Shown: one piece after another, positions 13,801 through 26,352 of the stretch | How the letters are laid out: every line of letters begins with the position of its first letter | Numbering within the stretch: the stretch's first letter is position 1 | NCBI GenBank assembly: GCA_022605425.2 | Contig: JAKIMF020000004.1 | Location: 124,001 to 188,000, forward strand | Length of the DNA stretch: 64,000 nucleotides | Direction of reading: 5' to 3' | Source of the DNA: Hamiltosporidium tvaerminnensis FI-OER-3-3 | Lineage: Eukaryota; Fungi; Microsporidia | The notes under the pieces: model-generated | What the model was told of the DNA's origin: nothing | What the model saw: the letters and a program-made list of their open reading frames with translations, nothing else | The model's database searches: none | Program-made: the position numbers and the translations under genes

Positions 13801-16794
13801 AGTTAACTGTTTAAAGAATTCATGGGGATTCGAACGCTTAAATATAATTATACGCTCTTTAAAAACATCTTTAAATTTCGAAATACTTTTGGTTATTTGT
13901 TTTCAATAATAAAGCTAATAATTTACACTTCTTAAAGTTAAAATTTAGAAAATATTCACTTATATTAGATTTCACCTCGATAAAAAGCAAACCGAATTCC
14001 CAGTAACTAAGTTAGCTCTTAATAAAAAAGGGGCTTGAAAACCCTTATTTCATAGTCTAGGATGGTTTTATTACCAAATTTTAAACTTTTCGGATGTAGC
14101 TCTGAATTATAATAACAAATAGAGTATACAAAAATAACTTTCTTTGTGGAGTAACGCGATTTGAGCCAAGATTGGTTTTTATGAAAGATGTATAACAATA
14201 CGTAAAATATAATACTAGAAATGTAATGCACGAACAAGTCATATTTAATATTTATGATGCACATAAATGAAAATAAAGTGTTAGGAAACAAACATTAAGT
14301 CACTTTAACGCCTAAACACAAAGAAAAGCAAAATTAACGAATTTACTAAATATAGAAGCGTATTAGGTATAAAAAACGCTTAAATTTCATGAGGAAAGAA
14401 AAGAATAAAGCAAACAAAATCTGTGAGATAAATAGCCTAGTATATACTACAATTTTTACAAGGTATATATAAAAAGATGGTTCTAAAATGTTTAATAGCT
14501 GGTTCTAAAATGAGTATCGGGTATTTTTTTTTCATATATCTTCTTCTCGTGTGGATTAACCATCATATCGATAGTGTACATGTGATATTGGAATATTTTT
14601 CTAAAAAAAATAAATTGGTAAATTGTAGCATCAATTTAAAACAGAATTTGCCTATTCCGTTTTCTGCTAGAATCACAGGTTTTCATAACGATTTGTTTCA
14701 AAGCAAGCAATGTTTATTAAATAACCTTAAATCTATTATATTTAGAAAAAAAAATCCTCGGGAGGCGTTTACAAAGTAGGATTCATCATCTCTCTGTGAT
14801 ATCCCTGTATGATTTATCTATTAATGAAATCGGCTTATTTTTCAAAAAAAATGTGTATAACTAATATTGTTTTTACTAGAATAAATTATAGCAAGTATCT
14901 TTTTTTTACCATAAAAATAGTGCCTAGGTTATTATGTCTTCATTCTTGAACCTCTTTGATGCAATTATATTTATGAATTTAATTTTTTTTAATAGTTTTG
15001 GATCTAAGCCACAAAATATTCTCAAAAATAAAACATGACACTAGTTGCTATCCTGAAAAGTGGAAGTTTTTCTTCTTCCACTTATCTAAGATTTTTATTC
15101 AAGTTTTACTTTAATACTTTTTTTCTAACAGTTCAAAAGTGTGTATATAGAGAAAACCCCCTAAAACCGTTGATTCTTTTGACTTTTAAAATTACAATAT
15201 ATTTCATAATATTTTCAAAAGTTATTCTGCAATCTTTCAAGCGGAAATGAAATTAGAATATAATATTATTTATCCTTTAATCAAAAATATTATCAAGATG
15301 CAAAGTTCGATGTATCTATTCCGAATGGCATAACCATTTTGTTTTGATTTTTGAAGGTTTTTAAGTACCGGTTATTTTTAATTCTTTTTTAAGTGAACTT
15401 TTATTGATCGCGGTAAATTCTTTCCGGAGACCAACGAAATCAAATTTGCGAAATAAAATTCATTATTTTAAATCTAAAATTTATTAATTTTAGCCTAGAA
15501 TATCTTTTACAGCCTTCATATTACTTTTTTTAAATTTTTAGACTTTCTTCAGATTATAAAAAATACTTTAGTTAGTATAGAACTCGTATTGCCTAATCTT
15601 TAGACAATAAAGGCAAAAATTCAATTTAGACATTATAATCCTATTTTTTATACCATTTTTTTCACTATTTTTATTACATGTTTCAGATATTGCTATATTA
15701 TTTTTTCAGATAGGCAATAAAATAGGAAACGGCTTAAATAATGTACTGCGCGGATAGATCACAGGCGGTTTTCTTTTATGAGGAGAATTTAAGGCATTTA
15801 TTCTATTAGTACTTTTAAGAAGCATTGCCGGCGCCAGCGCAGTTTCTGTAATCCAGGAAAGAAGTATTTGTCGATTTTAGGGCTATACAAAAGATATTTC
15901 TTAAAAGAAATACACAATTAATCGCTGTATTCTATTTTTTAAATCTTATTCCGAACTTCTTTGATTTTCCAAAAATATTAGATAGACGCTTCGCTAAGAG
16001 GCCAACTTACTTAGCACAACTCTTATGATTCTCTAACAGCTCTTCCGTTCCCTATCTATTTTCATACATGTTAATTTGAATCAAATAATCATCATCCGAA
16101 GGCTTAGAAGAAACAACTCGTTCAGTAGATATTATAGTGCATAAGTTTAGTTTCGTAAATACCACAAACCGTTAGAATAGTAAAACAGCTTATTCACCTT
16201 GCAATGCAGACAATAAGCACTTATGAGAAAATTTTCTATAACAAGTCAATTAGGTGCAGTGATACCAAAGTAGGATTTGGAGCGAAATTTAAACAAATTT
16301 CTATAGAACGAATTCCCAAAGATTGAAGCGCAAAGTGACGAGGGTGCATCTTATTTTTTTTCAATGAGTGTATGTAAATTAACTTAGTCTATTATTTCAT
16401 TATGTTTGTATTCGATTATTTGAAGTATAATATGGGTATTGCCAATATTATTTGATCAAGAGAATTGTTTAAGGCAACAATTTAGACCGATCTCTATTTT
16501 GTACGCGGTGTTTTGAGGTCATTATATATAAATAAATTCAATCAATTAATATATGTTGGCAAAATAATATATTTGCATAACATATGGACTATAAATATAA
16601 ATATTTTTTCAGCAAATAATGAAATTTTGTAATATAAATTTACTACAAAATTGATTGTAGAATTTACCTCAATTTTTTAAGCCTATGTAATACTACATTA
16701 ACTGTTTCTTGCTTAAAACCATTTACAAACTATTAAAAATACCAAAAAATCAAAAAATCAAAAAATTATAGACATAATATTTAACTAAACTTGG

Positions 16795-17747
16795 TTATAA
16801 GAACTCCCCTTTTAGGCTCATACGCTCATTTTCCATGTTTTTACATTCCAATTGTTCTTTTAATCCGGATCCGAAATTATTATAATCAACATAAAGATAT
16901 CCAAGCAAAATCAATGTTAGCAACATTTTAATTGCTGTAAAATAATAGAAGAAACTAATTAGGAAAATTACTTACATTTTCTGGGCTCGATTCGAATCAA
17001 AGTTCAATGAGAAATCAAAAACATCAATTATCTGTAGAAGTAATATCGTTATCAAAATAAAAAATTCACAATATCTTATAAACTTGCTTTCCTCATATCT
17101 GAAAACAGAATTTATAAATATAATTATCAAGGATAGAACTATTTCTGCTAAAACAATCAGAATTAATCCAACGGAAAGACTACTACCATCAAGTAAAGAT
17201 GAAAACGAATACAATACATTAAAACAAAACATCTTAAATATTACAATCGATTGTTGTCTTAATTTATATGCATCTAAATTAGAAAAAAATACTTACCTGT
17301 CAGTAAATAATTTGAACCGATTCTTTTAAAATATAGCCATTCATATTCTTTAATAAAATCTTTTAATTTGTAAATATAAAATCCAAATTCAATCAATAAA
17401 GAAATTATAATTAAAATATAATACGTAATATTTGATAGCGGAATATTTACTGCAATAATAGCCTCTGTGATACATAAACAGTAGGTTATAATTGAGAATA
17501 TTATAATAAAAAAATATGATTTAACTTGGAATAAATTCTTTGAGAAAATCGAATCAATTATAAAGAATACTTTATAGGTATTTATCACACAAATATTATA
17601 AAATGCGATGTTTCTGGATACGGCATTTCCTCCTAAATAATTCCCGGGATTAGAAAGTGCCATACCTATTAAAAAAACAATTATCATATAACTACCTGCA
17701 AAGACAGGTATCGTGTTTTCTAAAACATTTTTCTGTTTCGCTTTCAT
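16795..17747 (-). CDS. Multi-pass membrane protein in three exons (17747-17297, 17273-16976, 16954-16795); resembles fungal UPF0658-type membrane proteins
   Basis: Removing two micro-introns joins ORFs 17274-17768 and 16972-17232 and a third exon in frame; motifs EYEWLYFKRIG and NNFGSGLK recall the family motifs EFGWxIYKxIG and NFGKGLK (from memory); start codon uncertain. Confidence 0.85.
16955..16975 (-). other. 21-nt spliceosomal intron
   Basis: Minus strand GTAAGTAATTTTCCTAATTAG; contains the in-frame stop; removal gives ...AQKI|FFYYFTAIKML... Confidence 0.85.
17274..17296 (-). other. 23-nt spliceosomal intron
   Basis: Minus strand GTAAGTATTTTTTTCTAATTTAG; removal restores the frame (LLTD|AYKLRQQSIVIFKMFCF). 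Confidence 0.9.
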
Positions 17748-18863
17748 AATTTTAGAATAAAATTTCAAATAAATACAAAAAATTAATAGTTATTACCATT
17801 TTTGGATATCAATTCACAATTCCTGTCACATTCTATTGAAAAGCATTTAATAGTTTTAAAACAAAAGTTTTTGGTTTTTTAATACCCAAAATCACATTTT
17901 TTCAAGCAAAAACATGTTTTTAATATTTAATTCAATAAAAAGCAAATATAAACTTCCATAATGACATAAATAAAATTAAAACATTTGACAATAAAAAAGC
18001 TTAATTTAATTTGAAAAGAATTTATAAACCGATTTAAATCAAAAAGAATTTGAATGCTTATTTATGGTAAACACATTTACGTATATTTTTATTACTAATG
18101 CTTAAACTTTATGTCATAAAAAGTATAATGATCGTTTAATTACATATTAACAATTATTTATAATTTGAGATTTATTTTTTGAGGTGGAAATATTAATATG
18201 TATCAAAATAATATTTTTAAATAGTAGTGGGAATAAAAAAATCAATTTAAATCCGATTCTATGCATAATTCCTAACTTAAAAGTTAGAATACATTGAAAA
18301 AGCTTGAAATATAAATATTGGGTATTTAAAACAGTATGCTGGCATAAATATTAAATTCCCAAAAATTCCATAAAAGTTCTATTCGATTGAAATAATTTTA
18401 AATATAAATGAACACAATAAATTATTTTGTATTGCCAAGGAATGCATATTAATGACAATTTTAATTGTTTTAAAAATTATAATGAACTTTTTAGAAATAA
18501 AATGAATGTAATAGACTTTACATTAAACATTTAATTTTGAATCCGTAATATCGGTTGCTAAAAAATTTTGTTTTTTCAAAAAAAATGTTATTTATTGTTT
18601 GACATCCAATCAAAGGAATTTTATTTTAACATATATGTACCTATAAACGAAACACAATAAATTAATTAATAAAAAAAGAAAGCATATTAATTGCAAAATT
18701 AAATATAATTAGCAAATTCAATTTAATTATAAAAATATAATATAATATAATTAGGTATAAGATGAATAATAACGTAGATACTAGAAAAATGATAATTTTT
18801 TATTTTAATTTATCTCCATTAATACGAAATATTTTATAGATATCAAAATTTATAAGTGTCATA

Positions 18864-19591
18864 CTTTTCTTTAAAGTATCACACCTTTTTAAACAGCTCA
18901 AGTGTTATATTTGTTTTCATGGTATTAATGCAGTTCTAGGTTTAACATAAATAACTGCTACCACAACACTCCATCGGTATCCCCTGTGATACCTACGTTC
19001 GAAAGCCTTTCTTTTATCAGGTGTTTAGAACCTAATTAATTGGCAAGGCGGTTACCCGAAGTTCTTTTATTTCCGTTGCAGGGAGTGTGATCGAAGGCCG
19101 AAGCCCCTCCCTCTTTGGGCTCCCCCAAGACTATGCAGCATTCCCACTTACTCTACCCTTTCTGAACCCAATAAACTTCTAGCTAAGATATATTTCAGAG
19201 ACTTATATGGGTCTACTTAGACAGTGCAATGTCATATCAACAAGTATAACCTGCTACGTAGATCTCGGCTTTTAATGTTTTTTGTTTTTTTATCTCCCGG
19301 GCGCTAAGTCTTCTAACCCAAGTAAGCAAGGCTAGGTTTCCATGCTTTTACATGGCAATTACCTACGTGTTCAGCAGCGGTCTGTAATCTGGTTACATAA
19401 AAAACTACAAATAAATTTATAGAAAAAGTTTCGATATTTCGTAGACCTCTCCTCCTCATAACAACACCCATGGAACAACCGAAGATATAGTGTGGTTTTA
19501 TTCACACAAAAAATCCAAACAATGATCACACACCAGTTTTGCACACTCATTACCAAGCAGAAAGTTTTTTATGTAGTTATCCTCCCTCTTC
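18864..19591 (-). mobile_element. SINE-like repeat, copy C
   Basis: About 490 bp appear identical to the reverse complement of copy E; possible eroded TSD TATAA[G/A]TGTCA at 18851 and 19593. Confidence 0.95.
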
Positions 19592-19869
19592 ATATAAATG
19601 TCAAAGGTTAAAGCTAAATAGGCTTATAAGTCATAAAATTTAATAGAATTAAGGTTGATATTAGAAAACAGAGAGTGTAATATAAATATCATACCTATCA
19701 ATTGCCTTTTTTTGTATTTTTCATTCACAAATTTTAAAAAATTTCTTTCAAAATACTTACATGCTCATTCCATTCCTTTTTTACCTCTTGAAGTCAAAGA
19801 TGAACAACTAGAAATTTCCTAATTGCTTCTTTTAATCTGTTGTAACTCGAAATTATATGGAATCGGCCT

Positions 19870-19983
19870 AGTTCCAGTGTGGTTAATATCACACCAAAAT
19901 GTCAACAATGATTTTCCCACGAAATGTACACAGTCATTGCCATGTAGTTGGTTTTTAATGTGGTTATTTATCCACCCTCCACA
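19870..19983 (-). repeat. 5'-end fragment of the SINE-like repeat (D)
   Basis: AGTGTGGTT...ACAATGAT...CACAGTCATTGCCA...TTTTTAATGTGGTTAT matches the element's 5' ~110 nt. Confidence 0.7.
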
Positions 19984-21063
19984 TTTAAAACAAAATGCAA
20001 TTATTTAATAAATATACTACGATCCTTATATAAAAGCAAATGATAGGTTTTCAATAGGTAGAAATTAAATTATAAAACAATAAAAACTTTGTATTGCTAA
20101 TTTGAAATGAATGGGGTCATAAATTCGAGAGTAGATTTTAATATATAAAGATTGTTTAATGCTAGTTTAAAGTATCTTTTAAAGGTTAATAAACTAAACA
20201 TAGATAATAAATTAGTGAATTGTTTCAATCCAATGGAAATTTTCAATAATGTGTTCAAATTTTATCTCGATAAAAAACACTTTCGATTCAAAGAAAATTG
20301 TGAAAATTTTCTTTTATAATCAAGCTAAAGGATAAGAGTTGATTCAGAGTGTAAAAGCGTTTTTGCTTTTTTAGGGAATAAAAATAATCAGCAAAATAAT
20401 AATCTTATAATATTTCTTAGAAAGTGCAAAATTTGCCACCTTAATCTTATTTAAAATATTTCCTAATCTAAGTGAAAAATATTGGTTTTCCTGCAATATA
20501 GTTAATGTTTAAAAATTATTTATTTTTCCCAATTATTCTCATCACCAAAATACTTTTGCTTTGAATTACTATTATCAATCATATTCAATCAATATACAGA
20601 AAAAAGCCTAGGATGTTTTTTTAATTAGAACAATATTGCTATTTAAAGAAAATCACTTCTTGAATAAACATGATACTAATTTGTTTTTATTAAAAAATTC
20701 AACTATTAGATGAATACATTCCCAGAAAATTCAAAATGAAATATGAAGCTCTTGAATTTATGATATTTAAATTTAAAGTCATTCCGATAGTTTAAATATA
20801 GAAATGTATTTATGCTAAAAAAACAAAGTATGATTAGAATGTAAAATGCCAAATCATATCATAGATCGGAAGTAGATCAACTAAAAAAATATTATATATA
20901 TTTTTACGTTTTCTGCTTATAGGGTTTTTCGATCAATATAATAATCCTTGCAATTAATATAATAATTTTTCGATCAATATAATAATCCTTGCAATCAATA
21001 TAATAATCCTTGCTATCAATATAATAATTATTTTAAAAAAATAGAAATTTATAAAAAAATTAA

Positions 21064-21793
21064 GGGTGGAGGGAGGATAACCACATAAAAAACTTTCTGC
21101 TTGGCAATGAGTGTGTGAAACTGGTGTGAGGTCATTGTTTGGATTTTTGGTGGGAATAAAACCACACTACATCTTCGGTTGTTCCATGGAAGTTGTTATA
21201 AGGAGGAGAGATCTAAGAAATGGAGAAACTTTTTCTACAAATTTATTTGTAGTTTTTTATGTAACCAAATTGCAAACCGCAGCTGAACATGTAGGTAATT
21301 GCCATGTAAAAGCATGGAAACCTAGCCTTGCTTACTTGGGTTAGAAGACTTAGCGCCCGGGAGATAAAAAAACAAAAAACATTAAAAGCCGAGATCTACG
21401 TAGCAGGTTATACTTGTTGATATGACATTGCACTGTCTAAGTAGACCCATATAAGTCTCTGAAATATATCTTAGCTAGAAGTTTATTGGGTTCAGAAAGG
21501 GTAGAGTAAGTGGGAATGCTGCATAGTCTTGGGGGAGCCCAAAGAGGGAGGGGCTTCGGCCTTCGATCACACTCCCTGCAACGGAAATAAAAGAACTTCG
21601 GGTAACCGCCTTGCCAATTAATTAGGTTCTAAACACCTGATAAAAGAAAGGCTTTCGAACGTAGGTATCACAGGGGATACCGATGGAGTGTTGTGGTAGC
21701 AGTTATTTATGTTAAACCTAGAACTGCATTAATACCATGAAAACAAATATAACACTTGAGCTGTTTAAAAAGGTGTGATACTTTTAAATAAAG
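21064..21793 (+). mobile_element. SINE-like repeat, copy E (reference copy), inserted in the left TIR of the Tc1-like element
   Basis: Perfect 16-bp TSD TTTATAAAAAAATTAA at 21048-21063 and 21794-21809; the right TIR preserves the empty site. Confidence 0.95.
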
Positions 21794-21872
21794 TTTATAA
21801 AAAAATTAAAAAAATAGAAATTTATAAAATAAAAATTTAAAAAATAATTCATTCATTATAAAATTAACTCCC

Positions 21873-23042
21873 ATGTCAAATTCTTTTTCAGCTAAAAATA
21901 CCAACGAGAACAAATATGATTTTCATGTAGGTGAAACACCAGAATGTATAGAGTGCGAAAATGACAATGTTTTGAAGTGTCTTGTAGAAACATCGGGATC
22001 AAATGATGAAAATCTCTCCATAACCACTATTCCAACTCTGAGGAAACAAAAAGTTTCTATTAATGATTGGGAATGCATAATTGAAAAGACATTAGAAGGC
22101 TATTCTATGTCCGAAATTGCCTCGATGTATCGAATAAATTACCAGACGGTTAATAGCATCGTTAGACGATATTTAAAAACTGGCTTGGTATTTTTCGATA
22201 AAAGAGGTGGTGATAGGCGCTCAAAGTTAACTTTGGAAATAAAAGAGAGCTTACAAATCTATGTTGATTTGGAGTGTACAAAAACCTTGTATGAGTTGGC
22301 AGAATGGGTCAAATGTACATTTAATGTTGATTTGTCAACTAGTACAATTGATCGCGCACTAAGGGAGTTCTATTACACTCTAAAGCGTGTAACATTAGTG
22401 CCGTAGCGTAGAAATATACTTTCGACAATTGAGTTAAGAACAAATCACGCAACTAGTTTTCGTGAGTTGGAGGTTGATAACGATGACAAAAACTTTGTCT
22501 TTTTAGATGAAGTTGGGTTTACATTAGTCACACGCCCCAGTAAAGGGCGTAACATGAGAGGGGCATCTGCATACCTATCTGTAACAGCAGCTCGAAGTAG
22601 AAATATTTCAGTAGTCGCTGCAATGAACAAATATGGTATGATATACCATAAGATTCATGAGAGGGCCGTAAATGGTGAGGATTTCAAATTATTTATTAAG
22701 GAGATTAATGAAAGTTGTCAAAGGCAAGGAATTTTGAATCCTATATTTGTAATGGACAATTCGAGAATTCATCACTATCGTGGATTGAATGATGATGAGG
22801 AAATTGCTTCGTATCGAATAAAATATCTTCCACCTTACTCTCCATTTCTTAATCCAATTGAGAATGTATTCTCAGTCTGGAAAAATAAAGTAATTCGAGG
22901 TGGTGCTCGTACTGAGCCTCAGTTGAGAATATTAATTTATGAAAAATTTAATGAAATCACTGGAGAACATTGTAGTTCTTTTTACCGTAAAATTTTAGGA
23001 TATTTGCAAAAGGCTGAGGTAGGACAAATGATTCTTGAGTAA
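21873..23042 (+). pseudogene. DD34E transposase (HTH + DDE) interrupted by one in-frame TAG at 22404-22406
   Basis: The two ORFs share a frame; VFLDEVG, VMDNSRIH, YLPPYSPFLNPIE; 34 residues between the second D and the E. Confidence 0.92.
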
Positions 23043-25299
23043 TAATAAATCTCAAGTACTATTTATAATTTTATTTTTTAAATTTTTATTTTATAAATTT
23101 CTATTTTTTTAATTTTTTTTTAAATTTCTATTTTTTAAAAATAATTATTATATTGATTGCAAGGATTATTATATTGATCGAAAAATTATTATATTAATTG
23201 CAAGGATTATTATATTGATCGAAAAACCCTATATTATTTTATCCTATGCATAATAATGGTTTTTTTATCGTCAAATATAATGAAATGTATGATTTATGAT
23301 GAAAATTTTATTAAATAGTATTATGATAATCTGAATTATATAATGATTTTTAGCAAATTAACAAATCTAAATAAGAGATTACAGTCGACTAGTAAATCTC
23401 TTTCTTTACATAGACGATGCCAAAAAAATAGATAAACATGTTTTTGTATACGTAAAACAAATAATTTATGCTTATAGTATTGAAAAGAAACGCATTACGC
23501 CTTTATCAATTCATTACTTGAAATATGATCTGATTAAAATATCACAGAAAAATTATAAAACAAAATAGGATTCAAAAGTATAAAAATCAATTAAATTTTA
23601 ATGTATCTGTGTAATTTAATTTACTCGCAAAGCAAATTCTTTGACATTTTTGATTTAAAATTCGAAAATAATCGAAAATATGACACCCGAGTCTTTCAGT
23701 TTAAAGTGACTTTTAAGACTTGAGGGTCATGCAAGTATAGAAAAAATATTTAAATATATATTTTTCGAATTTAAATAATAAATTGTGGTTTAGATCATAT
23801 AGAACATTTTTTTTGTAGCTTTAAATTAATATGTTTTCTTGACATAAAAAACGAAGAACATTGAAAATATATTTATCAAACAAAAATATAACTGATTAAA
23901 CATAAAAATAAACACCAGAAAGGGAAGGTATTGAAATAAAAAGCAAATAAATTTTTTATAATTTTACACAAAAAAATAACCCTTGAAATTCAATAAGGAA
24001 TATAAATTTTGAAGAAAACAATAATGTCGTGACAAACGCGTTCAAGAAGAACCTAAGGATTTTGTTTTATGATTTAGTAATTTATTTATGTCATTTATTA
24101 ACAATACGTTTTTATGAGAAATTAAATCATTTAACTTGACCATCTTTTTTTTGGAAAAATCAAAAGTATTTTTAGAAATTGTGTGATCTAAATTCAAAAA
24201 AAATAATTTTTAAACAAAATAGAGTTGGTTTTTTCAAAAAATCACTAAAAATTTTTTAAACTGATTTAACATTATTTTTATTCTATTTGCCCTCGATATA
24301 TAAAGAAAACCGGTAGTAATTGATTGAGGTAAAAAAGCGACGTTATATATTCTTACTTATGTCAAAATTTAGGCTTTTTTTATTGCTTTAAACATTTAAT
24401 TTTTCTCAGTGTGTAACTGATTTTACAAGAAAATTCAAAACAAACATATTCATTGTGTTTACCGTTAAAAATCATCTCTGATTTTATTTAATCCAATTTG
24501 GTTTAAAATATTTTTCCCACTTTTATATATTTTCTTCTAGCCCTTTAAGCACTTCATTGTCTTTTTTTTTTGTATTCGTCTTTTCATTTATATTTATTGT
24601 AGGTTTCTCTGATGAGGTTCTCTATCTAAAATAGTTTGTGGAAAATTTCTTTATGTATTATTAGTATCTTATAAATGCGTTAAATATTTATCCTTCGAGC
24701 TCGTATTTAAGAGAAAACTTGAACTGCGTTTTAGGGCACATATTTTAGTTTATATCATGCAATGATAGTGCTCCTATTTTTTTGATAAAATATTTTCTTC
24801 ATACTTTCTTCCTATCTATTTCTCGTGTATTACATTCCTAAGATTAAAATTAACTGAAATATGTGTCGCCAACAACCGGCAGTATATTTTGGCCTTTTTC
24901 GTGATCTATTTTCAGGTTTTTTTCTATCGTAAGAATCTTTAAACACATAAAAGACAAAACAATTAATAATAATATGAATACCGAGTGTCGATATGCTCTC
25001 GATGTTAAATTTAGATTTGTTTCAAATTATATTATAAATCGTTTACTATGTATTAATGGAAATCACTGAGAAAAACAAAAAGAAAAATTAAATAGCACTT
25101 AAATTAACAAAGTGATAAGCAGGTATATTATTAGTCGAAAAAAATTTCAGTAGCTAAGCGTAAAATAATGCAAATTCTTAAAGGTAAAATTCAGATTTCT
25201 TTTAAACCAATTTTTGTTTTTGCCATGTGAAGATCCAAAATTGACTTTTATCCCTCTTTAGTATTTTACTACACAATTATGGATTATTTAATTTCTTAA

Positions 25300-26001
25300 A
25301 TTTAAAAGTATCTCATATTTTTAAAACAGTGGCAAGTGTTACATTTTTTATAAGATTAACGCAATTATAGGTTTAACATAAATAACTACTACCTCAACAC
25401 TCCATCATTAACCCCTGCGATACCTACCTCTCAAAGCCTTTCATCTACCAGGTGTCTAGAACCTAATTAATAAACGAGGTAGTTGCCCGGAGTTCGTTAA
25501 TGTCAGTTGCATGGAGTCTGATCGAAAACCCCCCTTGAGCTCCCTCAGACTATGCAACATTTTCACTTACTCTATACTTTCTGAACCAATAAACTTCTAG
25601 CTAAGATGTATTTCAGAGACTACCTGGGGTCCATCTAGACAGTGCAATGTCATACCAACAGGTATAACCTGCTATCTTAACTTTCCCGGCTTTAAATGGT
25701 TTTTAATTTTACACCTCCCAGGCGCTAATTCTTCTAACCCGAATGAGAAAGGCTGGTATTCTATGTTTTTACATGGCAATTAGCTACATGTTCAGCTGCA
25801 GTCTAGTTACATAAAAAACTACAAAAAATTTGTAGAAAAAGTTTCGCTATTTCATAGAAATCTCCTCCTCAAACAACTCTCATGAACAACCGAAGATTTA
25901 GTGTGGTTTGATTTCCACCAAAAATACAAACAATGATCCTCACACTAGTTTCACACACTCATTGCCAACCAGAAAGTTTTTTATGTGGTTTTCCTCTCTT
26001 A
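25300..26001 (-). mobile_element. SINE-like repeat, copy F, just upstream of RPS29
   Basis: Colinear with copies C and I, with small deletions. Confidence 0.92.
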
Positions 26002-26150
26002 CTAGCTAAGAAATAAAAATTATATTTCTAAAATAATTTTTTAAATAAAATATGTGTTAATAATATTTTTCTCTGTTTTAAATATTTTTTTTTTACAATT
26101 TTACCAATTTTTCTTTTTCTTTTAATTTATTTCAAATAAAATTGTAATTA

Positions 26151-26160
26151 CCCTTCAAAA
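26151..26160 (+). promoter_or_regulatory. Microsporidian CCC-type start-proximal motif (example: RPS29)
   Basis: CCC within ~20 nt of the ATG also at genes starting 21873, 27703, 30498, 30989, 34906, 37274, 37799, 39056 and 50494. Confidence 0.8.
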
Positions 26161-26352
26161 ATGGTAGATATAAAAATCAAAGAAAATGAACCAAGCGGTT
26201 ATATGTCACACAACAAACCATTCGGGCCAGGTTCTCGTAGATGCAGAGCATGTCATACACACAAAGGTATTATTCGTACGTATGGCCTTAATCTTTGTCG
26301 TAGATGTTTTCCAGAATATGCTAATGATATTGGTTTTAAGAAATACGATTAA
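26161..26352 (+). CDS. RPS29: 40S ribosomal protein S29 (uS14)
   Basis: [11 protein letters not shown]...[15 protein letters not shown]...DIGFKKYD; CCC motif upstream. Confidence 0.97.
   Translation: MVDIKIKENEPSGYMSHNKPFGPGSRRCRACHTHKGIIRTYGLNLCRRCFPEYANDIGFKKYD

Larger units (their letters stand above)
20920..23231 (+). mobile_element. Tc1/IS630-like DNA transposon with ~170-bp TIRs and TA target duplication
   Basis: TA|TAGGGTTTTTCGATC... at left, ...GATCGAAAAACCCTA|TA at right; TIRs contain tandem ~21-bp units with an AATATAATAAT core. Confidence 0.93.

Noticed and set aside
2505-15250. Assorted 60-100 aa F/I/L/K-rich ORFs here, and antisense ORFs over real genes elsewhere
   Set aside because: Composition expected from AT-rich DNA; no motifs; many have non-ATG starts
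21506-21515. GTAAGTGGG splice-donor-like motif in the repeat
   Set aside because: No nearby branch point and AG at micro-intron spacing; a single short motif is not enough
21630-21670. Hammerhead-like CTGA...GAA in copy E
   Set aside because: The core is not CTGANGA/GAAA, and other copies read CTGGTAGA at this position
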